Shown here in pieces: positions 17,574-28,042 of a stretch of DNA of 49,646 nt. Positions within the stretch are counted from its first letter, which is position 1, and each line of letters starts with the position of its first letter. The notes beneath the pieces are model-generated. The model saw only the letters and a list, made by a program, of their open reading frames with translations. It was not told the DNA's origin and did not search any database. The DNA is from Myxococcota bacterium (GTDB lineage Bacteria > Myxococcota_A > UBA796 > SXON01). The position numbers and the translations under genes are program-made. The stretch lies in the NCBI GenBank assembly GCA_040386535.1, contig JAZKFH010000052.1, positions 1 through 49,646 of the forward strand, read 5' to 3'.

Positions 17574-18601
17574 CCCTGCGCCCGCCACCCCTGCGACCGC
17601 GCCGCCCAGCCGCACAACTTGTAGAGGAGGCGCGCCGCCACGTTGCCGTCCCACTCGCCGTCGCCGATCTCGTTCAGGTCGACACCCACGATGCGGCGGT
17701 GCTCGGCCACCGCTTCGAGCAGCACCACCACGTCGCGGAAGGAGAGGCCGCCCGGCACCGGTGTGCCCGTGTTGGGGCAGAAGGCGGGGTCGAGCCCGTC
17801 GACGTCGAAGGAGATGTAGACCTCGGCGGGCAGGGCGTCGACGATGCGCTGGACGATGCGCATCCACGGCGTGCCGCGCGCGAGCTCGCGGGCCATGGCG
17901 TTGTCGAAGAAGGGCACGATGCGCGCGCCCTGGGCCTTCTGGAAGGCGATCTCGGTGGCGCCCACGTCGCGGATGCCGACCTGCACGAGCTTTCCGACGG
18001 CGGGGATGCGCGTCATCACGTTGTGGAAGATGCTCGCGTGCGACCAGGTGAAGCCCTCGTACGCGTCACGCAGGTCGGCGTGGGCATCGATGTGGAGGAT
18101 GCCGACGCCGGGGTGGCGCGCGGCCACGGCCTCGATGGCGCCGAAGGGCACGGAGTGGTCGCCGCCGATGACGACGGGGATGCGGCCGTCCTCGAGGATG
18201 GCGCGCACGGTCGACCGGACGATGGTGTTGAGCTCGCCGCCGCGGGCGTTGACGCGCGCGGCCGCCTCGGGCTCGCCGCCGCCGCTGCCGATCACCGCGA
18301 GGGCGTCGGGCTCCACCTCCGCGTCCCACGCGATCACGCGCGGATCGGGGGGCATCATCGCGATGCCGGCCTGCCAGACCGCGCCGACGTCGAGATCCTC
18401 GAGGTCCACCTGCCAGGACGCGCGGAGCAGCGCCTCGGGCCCGCCGCGGGTGCCGCGCCGGAACGAGGTGGTGGCCTGCCACGGCACCGGCACCACGACG
18501 ATGCGGGCCTGGTCGGGGAGGGTGTCGAGGCCGAACAGGCCGTCGCTGCTGGCGGCGGCGTCGGGATCGAAGGCGGCCGGATCAACGGGTTCGAACGCCA
18601 C
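17570..18601 (-). CDS. speB: Agmatinase / ureohydrolase (arginase family)
   Basis: GGDHS, HIDAHADLR, SFDVDGLDP and TGTPVPGG motifs. AGGAG RBS. Substrate is inferred. Confidence 0.85.
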   Translation of the reverse strand: MAFEPVDPAAFDPDAAASSDGLFGLDTLPDQARIVVVPVPWQATTSFRRGTRGGPEALLRASWQVDLEDLDVGAVWQAGIAMMPPDPRVIAWDAEVEPDALAVIGSGGGEPEAAARVNARGGELNTIVRSTVRAILEDGRIPVVIGGDHSVPFGAIEAVAARHPGVGILHIDAHADLRDAYEGFTWSHASIFHNVMTRIPAVGKLVQVGIRDVGATEIAFQKAQGARIVPFFDNAMARELARGTPWMRIVQRIVDALPAEVYISFDVDGLDPAFCPNTGTPVPGGLSFRDVVVLLEAVAEHRRIVGVDLNEIGDGEWDGNVAARLLYKLCGWAARSQGWRAQG

Positions 18602-18711
18602 GGGGGGCTCCTGGGAACGGCCGGCTTAACCCGCGGCGCCCCCTGAACGGCGCTGCCCGCTCCTGGCGCCCACTCCTGGCGCCCACGGGCGCGCGGATGT
18701 ACCGTGCGCCC

Positions 18712-19710
18712 GTGCCCCCGTCCCCAACGCCGTCCACGCAGCCCCCCACGACGTTCCGACGCCCCCTGGTCCGGCTCGGCCTCGGCCTCCTCGTGGCGCT
18801 CCTGCTGCTCGCGGGCGTGGAGGGCGCGCTGCGCCTGACGCTGCCCGTGGTGCGCACGGCGACGCTGCCCGACACGATGATCCGCGCCCACCTGGAGAAC
18901 CCCGGGTTCCGCTACGACCCCGATCTCTACTGGTACTGGAGCATGTTGCCCTCGGCGGCGATGCAGATCAACGAGCACGGGTTTCGCCGAACCAGGCCGA
19001 TGACGCGCGCCAAACCCGCGGGTGTCACGCGCGCGATCACGTTCGGGGACAGCCAGACGCTCGGCGCCGGCGTGGGCCCCGAGGAGTCCTACTCCGCGGT
19101 GGCCGAGCGCCTCCTGAACGAAACGGAGGGCACCGAGTGGGAGGTGCTCAACGCAGGCATCAGCGGCTTCCGTTCCCTCAATGTGTACCGCCTGCTCCAG
19201 CGCCGCATCGAGGCCTACGATCCCGACATGGTCGTCATCGACTGCATGCCGTACGACAGCCCGCGTGACGACGGTGCGTTGGTGGGGCGCCCGCTGGGCG
19301 GGGTGGCCACCCAACTCCAGGCCGCGTTGTGGCAGAGCCACCTCTACTACGTGCTGCGCCTCGGCCTGGAGAAGGTGCGCCCCGACCGCTCCCGGTGGCT
19401 CGACCGCGCGCCGCTGCCGGGGGACGCGCTGGGGCACGGAAACCACGATCTCATCGCCGCGTGGGGCAAGGAGCACGGGGTCACCGTGGTGTTCATGCAA
19501 TACCCGGTGTCCGAGAACAACTTCCGGGTCGGCTGTCACACGCTCCCGGCCGAGCTCCCCGGCGACGCCCCGGTGGTGCCGGCGTGTGAGGCCCTCGTGC
19601 AGGACGGGCGCCCCGGACGCGAGCTGTTCCAGGACCGCAACCACCTCACCGTGGCGGGCAACGAGGTGGTCGGCAAGGCGCTCGCCGACGTGATCGGGCC
19701 GCTCCGATAG
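18712..19710 (+). CDS. Membrane-anchored SGNH/GDSL hydrolase family protein (about 332 aa; alternative start 18697)
   Basis: N-terminal TM helix, then INEHGFR, FGDSQTLG, VLNAGISG and DRNH (DxxH). Confidence 0.85.
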   Translation: MPPSPTPSTQPPTTFRRPLVRLGLGLLVALLLLAGVEGALRLTLPVVRTATLPDTMIRAHLENPGFRYDPDLYWYWSMLPSAAMQINEHGFRRTRPMTRAKPAGVTRAITFGDSQTLGAGVGPEESYSAVAERLLNETEGTEWEVLNAGISGFRSLNVYRLLQRRIEAYDPDMVVIDCMPYDSPRDDGALVGRPLGGVATQLQAALWQSHLYYVLRLGLEKVRPDRSRWLDRAPLPGDALGHGNHDLIAAWGKEHGVTVVFMQYPVSENNFRVGCHTLPAELPGDAPVVPACEALVQDGRPGRELFQDRNHLTVAGNEVVGKALADVIGPLR

Positions 19711-19737
19711 GGGTTCCTGGGGGCCCCACCCACACGG

Positions 19738-20109
19738 CTACCCCGCGATCGCCGCCACCCCACGCACCAATTTGATCGCCTTCTCGGGGCACGCCGACAC
19801 ACACAACCCGCACGCGTGACACGCGTCGGGCCGCTCCACGAACGCCTGCTTGCCGCCGTGCACCCAGATCTTGAACCGCACCAGCGGCGTGAGGACGGAC
19901 TTCTCCTCGCGGGTCAGCGGCCGCAGCGTGAACACGTCGTACGGACACACGCGCAGGCAGTCGGCCTTGCCCTCACACCGGAGCGGGTCGATGCGCGGTT
20001 CGAGCTTGCCGGGGAGGTCGTCGCAGCGGTCGGTCGAGCGGGGGTCGGTCGCGCGGGGGTCGGTAGAGACGGCGGGCAGGAGCGCTCCGGGATTCCGGCA
20101 GCATGCCAC
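19738..20109 (-). CDS. Dicluster ferredoxin-like protein (start uncertain)
   Basis: CEGKADCLRVCP and CHACGLCVSACP motifs. Confidence 0.8.
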   Translation of the reverse strand: MACCRNPGALLPAVSTDPRATDPRSTDRCDDLPGKLEPRIDPLRCEGKADCLRVCPYDVFTLRPLTREEKSVLTPLVRFKIWVHGGKQAFVERPDACHACGLCVSACPEKAIKLVRGVAAIAG

Positions 20110-20131
20110 GGCGCGGGCCGAGCGCCCCCGC

Positions 20132-20587
20132 CTACTCCTCCTCGCCGAGCGCCTCGCCCACGTCCTCCACGAGCCGCCCGAGCTGCTCGCGGGTGAGGGT
20201 GAAGGGCACGGCGGCGCGCCCGTCCGGCCCGCGGCGCAGCTTCTCCACGGTCACCTCGGAGCCGTCGCTCCGCACCTCGAAGTACTCCTGGCGCCGCACC
20301 CTGCTGCGCAGCACGGCCCCGCCGAGCGTGGTGTCGACCTCGACCGGGCGCACCTTGTCGGCGAGCGCGCCGAGCGCCCCGGGCAGGCGCGCGGCCTGGT
20401 CCGCGACGTTCCCCTTGCCGTCCGTGCGCACCTTCACGCCCCGCACCGACACGCCCAGCTTGTCGGCCTCGACCACGTCGACCTCGGCGTGCACCCCGCC
20501 GTGGTCCACCTTCACCACGCCGGGGGTGAGCCGGCGGTCGAGGCGGTCGGCGAGCGTCGAGGGCAGCGGATCGGGCAGCGGGGTCAT
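20132..20587 (-). CDS. Hypothetical protein (151 aa) coupled to spoVR
   Basis: ATG 1 nt after the spoVR stop. Globular-like composition. Confidence 0.75.
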   Translation of the reverse strand: MTPLPDPLPSTLADRLDRRLTPGVVKVDHGGVHAEVDVVEADKLGVSVRGVKVRTDGKGNVADQAARLPGALGALADKVRPVEVDTTLGGAVLRSRVRRQEYFEVRSDGSEVTVEKLRRGPDGRAAVPFTLTREQLGRLVEDVGEALGEEE

Positions 20588-20588
20588 G

Positions 20589-22112
20589 CTATTTCTTGGC
20601 TCCGATGAGCTTGGGGCCCTCGTAGGTGAACTGGTCCCCGTCGTGATGCAGCACCGCGTCCTTGTTCTCGATCTTGGTGCGGAGGTGCACGGGGCGCCCC
20701 CACACGTGCGCGAGGTTCCCGAGCGTGTGGCTGGCCCACTCGAGCTGGATGTCCACGCCCTCGTACTGGTGGGTCAGCTCAAGCTCGCCACGGTTGGCGT
20801 GGTTGCCGTCCGTCACGTACACGCGGGGCTGCCCGTGGTTGGACACCATGAACAACAGCTTGGTCTTGATCTCGGCGAACTCGCGACTGTCCAGGATGTA
20901 CTCGCCGCTCTTGCGGTCGTACTCGTAGGTGAACAACCCCACGCGCCGACAGAATTCCTCGGTGAGGTACGTGTCGAGGAACGTCACGTCGTTGTGGGAC
21001 TTGCGCACCTCGAAGATCTTGCCACGCCCCTCGTTGGTGGGGCGAAACCAATCCCGCTTGGCGACCGCGTCGTCACACTCCAACCAATCCTTTCCGAACT
21101 GGCCGCGGTCCCACCGCTTCTCGATGTCGCGGTACAGCTCCAACCCAATCTTGTACGGGTTGAGCTGCCCTGGGCGCATCGCCACCGTGCCCGAGTGGTG
21201 GTCACAATAGTCGATGACCTCGCTGTCCTCGAGGATGTGCTCGGTCATCAGCTTGGTGTGCCAGTAGCTGGCCCAGCCCTCGTTCATGATCTTGGTCTGG
21301 GCCTGGGGCGCGAAGTAGTAGGCTTCTTCGCGCACGATCGACAAGATGTCGCCTTGCCAACGGTTCAGGCGGCCGTGCTCCAACACGAACCCGAGCACGT
21401 CCCGCTCGGGCTGGTCGGGGAAGTTCTTCGCCCGCTCCGCGGCGGCCTGCGCCCGCTCCACCTGCTGCGCGATGTACGCGGGCGGGTTGATGTACGGATC
21501 CATGTAGCTCTTGGCGGGGAGCTTGTGGGAGGCCGGCCCGGTCGGCTCCTCCTCCGCGTCGATCGAGCGCATCCGCTTGATGTGGTCGCGGAACGGATCG
21601 ATGAGGTTGTCGACGGAGAGGCACGTATCGAGCCACTGCTCGGTGGCGGACTCTCCCACGGCATCCACGATGCGGCGCACCCGCGCGGCGTGGTTCGCCA
21701 TGGAGTCGAGCATCTTGCGGTCGGTGTGGGCGAACCACGCGTTGTTCTTGAAGAAGTCGACGTGGCCGAACACGTGCGCCATCACCAGCTTCTGGTCGAC
21801 GAAGGCGTTGTTGTCCATCAGGTAGGCGTACGACGGGTTGGTGTTGATCACCATCTCGTAGATCTTCTGGAGGCCGTATTCGTACCCCTTCTGCATCTGG
21901 AGGTACTCCATCCCCCAGCGCCAGTGCGGATACCGGGTGGGAAACCCGCCGTAGGACGCGATCATGTTGATCTCGTCGTAGTCGCACATCTCGAAGATGG
22001 TGTCGAAGAAGTCGAGCCCGTGCCCCTTGGCGATGGCCTCGATGCGCTGGCGGGCGTCCTCCAGCTCGCTGGGGAGCTGCCGGCGTGACTTGCGAAGGTA
22101 CGCTTCGAGCAT
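20589..22112 (-). CDS. spoVR: SpoVR/YcgB family protein
   Basis: GFPTRYPHWRWG, IYEMVINTNP, MAHVFGHVDFFKNN, TKIMNEGWASYWH, NPYKIG. GGAGGT RBS. Confidence 0.95.
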   Translation of the reverse strand: MLEAYLRKSRRQLPSELEDARQRIEAIAKGHGLDFFDTIFEMCDYDEINMIASYGGFPTRYPHWRWGMEYLQMQKGYEYGLQKIYEMVINTNPSYAYLMDNNAFVDQKLVMAHVFGHVDFFKNNAWFAHTDRKMLDSMANHAARVRRIVDAVGESATEQWLDTCLSVDNLIDPFRDHIKRMRSIDAEEEPTGPASHKLPAKSYMDPYINPPAYIAQQVERAQAAAERAKNFPDQPERDVLGFVLEHGRLNRWQGDILSIVREEAYYFAPQAQTKIMNEGWASYWHTKLMTEHILEDSEVIDYCDHHSGTVAMRPGQLNPYKIGLELYRDIEKRWDRGQFGKDWLECDDAVAKRDWFRPTNEGRGKIFEVRKSHNDVTFLDTYLTEEFCRRVGLFTYEYDRKSGEYILDSREFAEIKTKLLFMVSNHGQPRVYVTDGNHANRGELELTHQYEGVDIQLEWASHTLGNLAHVWGRPVHLRTKIENKDAVLHHDGDQFTYEGPKLIGAKK

Positions 22113-22114
22113 GC

Positions 22115-23215
22115 CTACCTCCCCTTGCCGAGAAAGTCCTTGATGGAGCCCATGATGGCCTCACGATCGGGGATCTTGGAGAGGACCACCCGCTCGTCGC
22201 CGCCGTAGTCGCCGCGCAGATCGTTGTAGAACTGGCCGCTGCCGTACTCACTCTCCACCTGGCCGTAACAGAACAGGTTGACGCTCTTGAGCAGGCGGTT
22301 CTTGAGCAGATCGATGCACGTGCGCGTGTCCGCCGCCGACCAATTGTCCCCGTCGCTGAATTGGAACAGGTAGATGTTCCACTCGTCGGGCGGATAGTGC
22401 TCGGTGATGAGCGAGTCGACCAGCATGTAGGCCGAGGAGATGAGGGTGCCGCCGCTCTCCCGGGTGCGGAAGAACGTGTCCCGATCGACCTCGCGCGCCA
22501 CCGCGTCGTGGATGACGAAGCGGGTCTCGATGTGTTTGTAGTTGGCGCGCAACCACGTGTCGATCCAGAACGCCTCGAGCCGCACGATCTCCTTCTGCTC
22601 GCGCCCCATCGAGCCGGACACGTCCATCACGTACAGGATCGCGGCGGCTGACTGGGGGTCGGACTTGCTGGTCCACGAGCGGAACCGCATGTCCTCCTTC
22701 TGGGGGATCAGCACGGGGTTGGCCCCGTTGTACGTCCCGGCGACGATCTCGCGCTTGAGCGCCTCGCGGAACGTACGCTTCTGGTGGCGGAGCGAGCGCG
22801 GGCCGATCTTGGACACGCCGGTGTACTTGTCGCGCACGGAGGTGATGTTCTTCTTGCCGCGCGGCTCGATGCGGGGCAGGTGCAGCTCTTCCCCGAGGAT
22901 CTCGGCCAGCTCCTCGACGCTGATCTCGGCCTCGAGGATGTGCTCGCCGGGGTTGTCCCCCGCCTGGCCGCCGCCCTCCTCCGCGCCGTCGACCTTGTCG
23001 CCCTCGTCCCCCTCGCCCTGGCCCACCCCGCCGGTCGAGTTCTTGCCGTAGCGCAAGCGGGGGATGTTGATCTCGGGCAGGGGGATGCTGACGAACTTGT
23101 CCCCCTGCTTGCCGATGATCTCGCCGCTGGACATGTAGCGCTTCAGATCCTTGCGCACACGCCCTTTGACGATCTGACGAAATCGATTGAGGTCGTTCTC
23201 GATGTTGAGGATCAC
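22115..23215 (-). CDS. yeaH: YeaH/YhbH (DUF444) vWA-like protein
   Basis: [35 protein letters not shown] start overlaps the prkA stop. Confidence 0.93.
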   Translation of the reverse strand: MILNIENDLNRFRQIVKGRVRKDLKRYMSSGEIIGKQGDKFVSIPLPEINIPRLRYGKNSTGGVGQGEGDEGDKVDGAEEGGGQAGDNPGEHILEAEISVEELAEILGEELHLPRIEPRGKKNITSVRDKYTGVSKIGPRSLRHQKRTFREALKREIVAGTYNGANPVLIPQKEDMRFRSWTSKSDPQSAAAILYVMDVSGSMGREQKEIVRLEAFWIDTWLRANYKHIETRFVIHDAVAREVDRDTFFRTRESGGTLISSAYMLVDSLITEHYPPDEWNIYLFQFSDGDNWSAADTRTCIDLLKNRLLKSVNLFCYGQVESEYGSGQFYNDLRGDYGGDERVVLSKIPDREAIMGSIKDFLGKGR

Positions 23216-25272
23216 ACCGAATCCTTTGCGTCCCCACGCGCGAAGATGGACGCTACGTAGTTGAGCACGTCGGTGGCCGAGTGATCGTCATACCCGTATT
23301 GATCGATCAACCGTTGTTTGACGATGTCGATCTTGGCCTGGGTGTCCGGATCGACCACCTGCGAAACGAGGCTGGTGAGCTTGATGGTGTCCTTCTGGTC
23401 CTCGAACACCTTGAGCTCCAGCGCCCGGTACAGCCGCTCGTTCATCTTGTAATTGAACTGCTTCCCGTCGAGCGAGAGCGCGCCGATGTAGTTCATCAGC
23501 TCGCGGCGGAAGTCCTCCTTGCGGGACACCGGGATGTCGATCTTCTCTTCGATCGACCGCATCAGGCGCTCGTCCGGCTCCTCGTAGGCCCCGGTGAACG
23601 GGTTCTTCACCCGCTCCTTCTGGGTGAACGCCTTGACCGAGTCGATGTAGTTGGCGCACAGGCGCTGGATCGCCCCCTCGTCGGCGGCGATGGCCTTCTG
23701 GACCTCGTTCTTCACGATGTCCTCGTACTCCTTCTTCACCAGGCCGATCAGATCCCGGTACTTCTTCTTCTTCTCCTCGTCGTTGATGAGCGAGTGGTTC
23801 TTCAGCCCGCTCTCCAATTCGTTGAGGACCATGAACGCATTGAGGCTCGGGGTGTCGGCGTCGCGCACCAGCGCGTTGGAGATCTTGTCCTGCACGTAGC
23901 GGGGGCTCACGCCGTCCATCCCCTCGCGGATGCTGGACTTCCGCAGCTCCTTGACGTTGTCCTCGGTGAAGCCGGGGAGGGTGCGCCCGTCGTACAACTT
24001 GAGCTTCTGCAACAGCGTCAGGTTGGCCTTCTTCGGGTCCTCCAGGCGCGAGAGCACCGCCCACATGGCCGCCATCTCGAGCGTGTGGGGCGCGATGTGT
24101 TTGTGCACGCGCTGCTTGTTGAAGTCGCGCTTGTAGATGCTCGCCTCGGCCATCCACTTGGTGATGTACGGGCAATCGATCTTGATCGTACGGTCGCGCA
24201 GGGCTTCCATGAACTCGTTCGACTGGAGCTTGCGGTACTCGGGCTCGTTCGTGTGTCCGAGGATGACCTCGTCGATGTAGGTCTGCGCGAACTTCTTCGG
24301 CTTGATGACGTGCTCCTGGGAGGCGCCGAGCAGGTCGTAGAGGAACGCCACGTCGAGCTTGAGCATCTCGACGAACTCGATCATGCCGCGGTTGGCGACA
24401 CAGAACTCGCCGTCGAAGTTGAACGCCCGCGGGTCGGAGTCCGAGCCGAACTCGGCGATCTTGCGGTAGTTGATGTCCCCCGTCAGCTCGGTGGAGTCCT
24501 GGTTCTTCTCGTCCTTCGGCTGGAACGTGCCGATGCCGATGCGGTCCTTCTCGGAGAGGAGCAGGCGCCGCACCCGGATCCGCTCGATGAGGCGGAGCCA
24601 GTCCCCGTCGGTCTCGCGCAGGCCGTCCCGGTACAGGTAGCGGCTCACCGGATCGAGGTCGCCCTCGACGTGGATGGGGTACGCCGCCTTGCCCTTCACC
24701 GTGCGGTTGAGCTCCTCGAGCACCTGGCCGCGCATCTCGAGCGGGATGAGGCGGAGCGGCTCCTCGTTGAGCGGGGAGGGCACCACGGAGCCGTCGGGCA
24801 GGTTCCAGGAGAAGGTGTACATCGCGCCGGCGGGCTGCCGGGAGTACCACTCCAGCCCCTTCTTGAAGAGGCGCGCGATCGTGCTCTTGGCCGAGCCGAC
24901 GGGGCCGTGCAGGAGGATGACACGACGCTCCGGGCCGAGGCCGAGCGCGGCCGACTTGAGCACGTTCACCAGCTTCATCAGGTGCACGTCGATGCCGAAG
25001 ATCGCGTCCTTGCCGTGATCGATCGGGTCGTCGAAGAACTTGTACCGGACGATGGGCTTCTTGTACTCGGTGTACGACTCGGTCCCGAAGGACACGATCA
25101 TGTCGTACAGGCGCTGGTAGGCGTTCCGTGTGATCGACGGGCGCTCCTTCACCAGCTCCAGGTAGTCGGCGAAGCTCCCCTCCCAATGCTGCTCGCGGTA
25201 GCGGTCGAGGTCCTGCAGCTCGGCGATCATGCCGAGGATGCCGGTGGGGCGGGAGAAGGGGTTCGGCGTCAT
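23212..25272 (-). CDS. prkA: PrkA/YeaG AAA+ serine protein kinase (about 686 aa)
   Basis: [11 protein letters not shown]alker [54 protein letters not shown] before ATG 25272. Confidence 0.95.
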   Translation of the reverse strand: MTPNPFSRPTGILGMIAELQDLDRYREQHWEGSFADYLELVKERPSITRNAYQRLYDMIVSFGTESYTEYKKPIVRYKFFDDPIDHGKDAIFGIDVHLMKLVNVLKSAALGLGPERRVILLHGPVGSAKSTIARLFKKGLEWYSRQPAGAMYTFSWNLPDGSVVPSPLNEEPLRLIPLEMRGQVLEELNRTVKGKAAYPIHVEGDLDPVSRYLYRDGLRETDGDWLRLIERIRVRRLLLSEKDRIGIGTFQPKDEKNQDSTELTGDINYRKIAEFGSDSDPRAFNFDGEFCVANRGMIEFVEMLKLDVAFLYDLLGASQEHVIKPKKFAQTYIDEVILGHTNEPEYRKLQSNEFMEALRDRTIKIDCPYITKWMAEASIYKRDFNKQRVHKHIAPHTLEMAAMWAVLSRLEDPKKANLTLLQKLKLYDGRTLPGFTEDNVKELRKSSIREGMDGVSPRYVQDKISNALVRDADTPSLNAFMVLNELESGLKNHSLINDEEKKKKYRDLIGLVKKEYEDIVKNEVQKAIAADEGAIQRLCANYIDSVKAFTQKERVKNPFTGAYEEPDERLMRSIEEKIDIPVSRKEDFRRELMNYIGALSLDGKQFNYKMNERLYRALELKVFEDQKDTIKLTSLVSQVVDPDTQAKIDIVKQRLIDQYGYDDHSATDVLNYVASIFARGDAKDSV

Positions 25273-25583
25273 GCACACTCCATCGGTGGCGATCGGACCG
25301 CGGGTGGCGGACCGGCCGGGGGCCGAGGTCGATGGAGCAAAGGACCTTCGCCCCATCGCGCACGGTTCGGGGGGCGAGAAAGAGCGCTTTGCGGCTACAC
25401 GGTCAGGCGTCGTACTGAGTGTGGCACAGGGTTCGAGCGTTCGCGACCTGTACCTTCGACACCCGTCCTGGACGGACTGTTCCCTGGCGCCCACCTACCG
25501 AGATAGGCGCCCCGGTCCGGTTCGTCATCCGCCGGCCGCGTCGGGGGCGCGGTTTGGCGGAAGCCATCTGGAACGGAGGGAAG

Positions 25584-26339
25584 TCACGGCTCCTCGGGCG
25601 CCGGTTGGGTCCGCGCCCACGCCCACCACGAGCCGTCGTTGTTGGCGACCGTGTAGCCGTGCGCGGTGAGCGCGGCCCACGCCATGCCGCTGCGCACGCC
25701 GCCGGTGCAATAGACGATCAGCGGCGTGTCCTGCGGGATGTCGGGCGGGCCGGCGAACAGCGTCTTCCAGGGGATGTTCCGCGCGCCGGGGATGTGGCCG
25801 CCGCGCGATTCCCGGAACTTACGGGCGCCTTCGAACTCGTCGGGATCGCGCACGTCGATGACGACCGGCGGCGCATCGGAGGCGAGCGCCGCGACGAGCG
25901 CCTCGGTGGTGATGCGCAGCTCGGGCCGCTCCCGCGCGACGAGCTTGCCGGGCACCACGCGGGTCGGGAGGCGCTCGCGCTTGCCTGTCCACCCGGGCAT
26001 GCCGCCTTCGAGCACGTGCACGTCGGTGTGCCCGAGCCACGCCAGGTCCCATGCGACGCGGCCCTCCTCCCCCCATGCGTTGGCCCAGGCGCCGGCCACG
26101 AGCACCGGGCGCGAGGAGTCGACGCCGAGCCCGGCGTAGTACGCGGCGACCGCGTCGGGCGCGCCGAGCGTGCCGGAGAGGGGGCCGCCGACGGTGGCGG
26201 CCTTCCAGTCGACGCGGACGGCGCCGGGGATGTGTCCCGCGAGGTAGGCCGTGGCCGCTCGGGTGTCGAGCACGGTGGCGCCCGACTGGAGAAGGGTGGT
26301 CGCGGCGGAGATGTCGACGAAGGGCGGGCCGAGCAGCAT
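25584..26339 (-). CDS. Two-domain rhodanese sulfurtransferase (about 251 aa)
   Basis: LDTR...YLAGHIPGAV, VLEGG, IDVR...GGHIPGARNIPW, active-site YCTGGVRS, DGSWWAW. Confidence 0.9.
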   Translation of the reverse strand: MLLGPPFVDISAATTLLQSGATVLDTRAATAYLAGHIPGAVRVDWKAATVGGPLSGTLGAPDAVAAYYAGLGVDSSRPVLVAGAWANAWGEEGRVAWDLAWLGHTDVHVLEGGMPGWTGKRERLPTRVVPGKLVARERPELRITTEALVAALASDAPPVVIDVRDPDEFEGARKFRESRGGHIPGARNIPWKTLFAGPPDIPQDTPLIVYCTGGVRSGMAWAALTAHGYTVANNDGSWWAWARTQPAPEEP

Positions 26340-26566
26340 GGGACGAAGGTTTAGGCACCAGGGGCGGAGCGGCGAGGGGCCGGCGGCGCTTTGGACGGAG
26401 GATGCGGGGCTTTTTGAAGGCGAGCCCCACGAAGGAACGCGACGCGAACCCATCCGTGGCACCGTGCATCCGACCGCCACGCCCCCCGCCGAGGCCCGGT
26501 GCGACGCGCCCCCTCCGCCGGGCAGGCACGCGCCCGGGAGGCGGATCTCCATGGTATGATTGGCGC

Positions 26567-28042
26567 ATGCAGGCTCGTCGGTCTTCAGTTTCGCCCGTTG
26601 TCCGCGCACAGTACGCCCTCGGTGCTTCGGTGGCTCTCGTTCGCGCGGCGCTGCTCCCCGCCCGCGCCTCGCTCGCGGCCGCGCTCGGCCTGGCCCTCGC
26701 CGCCTGCGGTTCCGAGGGTGCCCCCGCCGGGGGAACGGCCGGCGCCGGTTCAGCCCCTGCCGTCAAGGAGGGCTCCCCCCCGCCGACCACGCCCGAGGGC
26801 GTGCCGCCCGTGGCGCCGAACATCCTCTTCGTCCTCATCGACACCCTGCGGGCCGACGCGCTCGGGGTGTACGGGCAGACGTTGCCGACCTCGCCGCGGA
26901 TCGACGCCTTCGCCGCCACCGCGGTCACCTACGACCGCGCGTGGACCCAATACACGTGGACCAGCCCCTCCTACGTATCGTACATGACGTCGCGCTACGC
27001 GCGGACGCACGGGTGGGACTACCAACTCAACAAACCCGACACGTTCCGCGCCCTGGACGACCGCGCGCCCATGCTCGCCGAGACCCTCAAGGGCGCCGGC
27101 TACGCCACCAACGCGCAGTTCTCCCAGCCCAACCTCCGTGAGGACCTCGCGTTCAACCGGGGCTTCGACGCCTTCCGCCGCGGCGCCGACAAGGGCGTGG
27201 TCAACGGCGCCGTCGCCGACATCCGCAAGTGGGCGGGCGACGGAAAGCCCAACTTCCTCTACGTCCACCTCATGTCGCCCCACGTGCCGCTCCTGCCCTC
27301 CGAGGCCTCCCGCGCCGCCGTGGGCGCCCCCGCCAAGCTGGAGAAGGGCGTGAGCTACGACTGGTGGACCGGCGCGCCGGCCGACCAGAAGGAGGCCCGC
27401 CTCGAGGAGTTCCGCCGCACCTACCTCGCGGGAGTACGCGACGCCGACACCCACGTGGCCGCCATCCTCGACGCGCTCGACGTGTCCGGGCTGGCCGACC
27501 AGACCGCGGTGGTCATCACCTCCGACCACGGCGAGCTCATCGGCGAGAACGGGCAGATCGGCCACATGGCGAGCACCGCCGAGGCGCTCACGCACGTGCC
27601 GCTGATCGTGAAGCTCCCCGGCGTGCCGGCGCGGCGCGAAGCCACCCCGGCCAGCCTCATCGACATCGCGCCCACCCTCGCGGGCCTCGCGGGGGCCCCG
27701 ATCCCGGCTCCGTGGCAGGGCAAGTCCCTGCTCGAAGGGGGCAGCGGCACGTTGTTCTCCGAGCGGGACAAGGTGTTCGCCGCGTCGGACGGCGCCTGGA
27801 AGGTCACGGAGGACCGCACGACGTGCACGTTCGTGTCGGCCCACGATCTGGTGAACGACCCCGGCGAGAAGACCGCGGTGACCACGCAGACCAACCCCGC
27901 CGTCCAGAAGCTGGTGGCCGACGCCACGAGCTTCTGCGCCCGCATCCCCGCCGCCGCCAACGCCGGGGGCCTCCCGGACCAGGACGCCGGCGAGAAGGCC
28001 GCGCGGATCGAAGAGCTCAAGGTGCTCGGGTACGTCGAGTAG
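26567..28042 (+). CDS. Sulfatase-like (alkaline phosphatase superfamily) lipoprotein (start could be later)
   Basis: NILFVLIDTLRAD, TSPRIDAFA, FLYVHLMSPH, TSDHGE, HVPLIVK, SLIDIAPTL, LKVLGYVE. Lipobox LAAC. Confidence 0.88.
   Translation: MQARRSSVSPVVRAQYALGASVALVRAALLPARASLAAALGLALAACGSEGAPAGGTAGAGSAPAVKEGSPPPTTPEGVPPVAPNILFVLIDTLRADALGVYGQTLPTSPRIDAFAATAVTYDRAWTQYTWTSPSYVSYMTSRYARTHGWDYQLNKPDTFRALDDRAPMLAETLKGAGYATNAQFSQPNLREDLAFNRGFDAFRRGADKGVVNGAVADIRKWAGDGKPNFLYVHLMSPHVPLLPSEASRAAVGAPAKLEKGVSYDWWTGAPADQKEARLEEFRRTYLAGVRDADTHVAAILDALDVSGLADQTAVVITSDHGELIGENGQIGHMASTAEALTHVPLIVKLPGVPARREATPASLIDIAPTLAGLAGAPIPAPWQGKSLLEGGSGTLFSERDKVFAASDGAWKVTEDRTTCTFVSAHDLVNDPGEKTAVTTQTNPAVQKLVADATSFCARIPAAANAGGLPDQDAGEKAARIEELKVLGYVE

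Noticed and set aside
25422..25436. Sigma-54 promoter for prkA (TGGCAC)
   Set aside because: Wrong strand for prkA, and the -12 TTGC is not matched.
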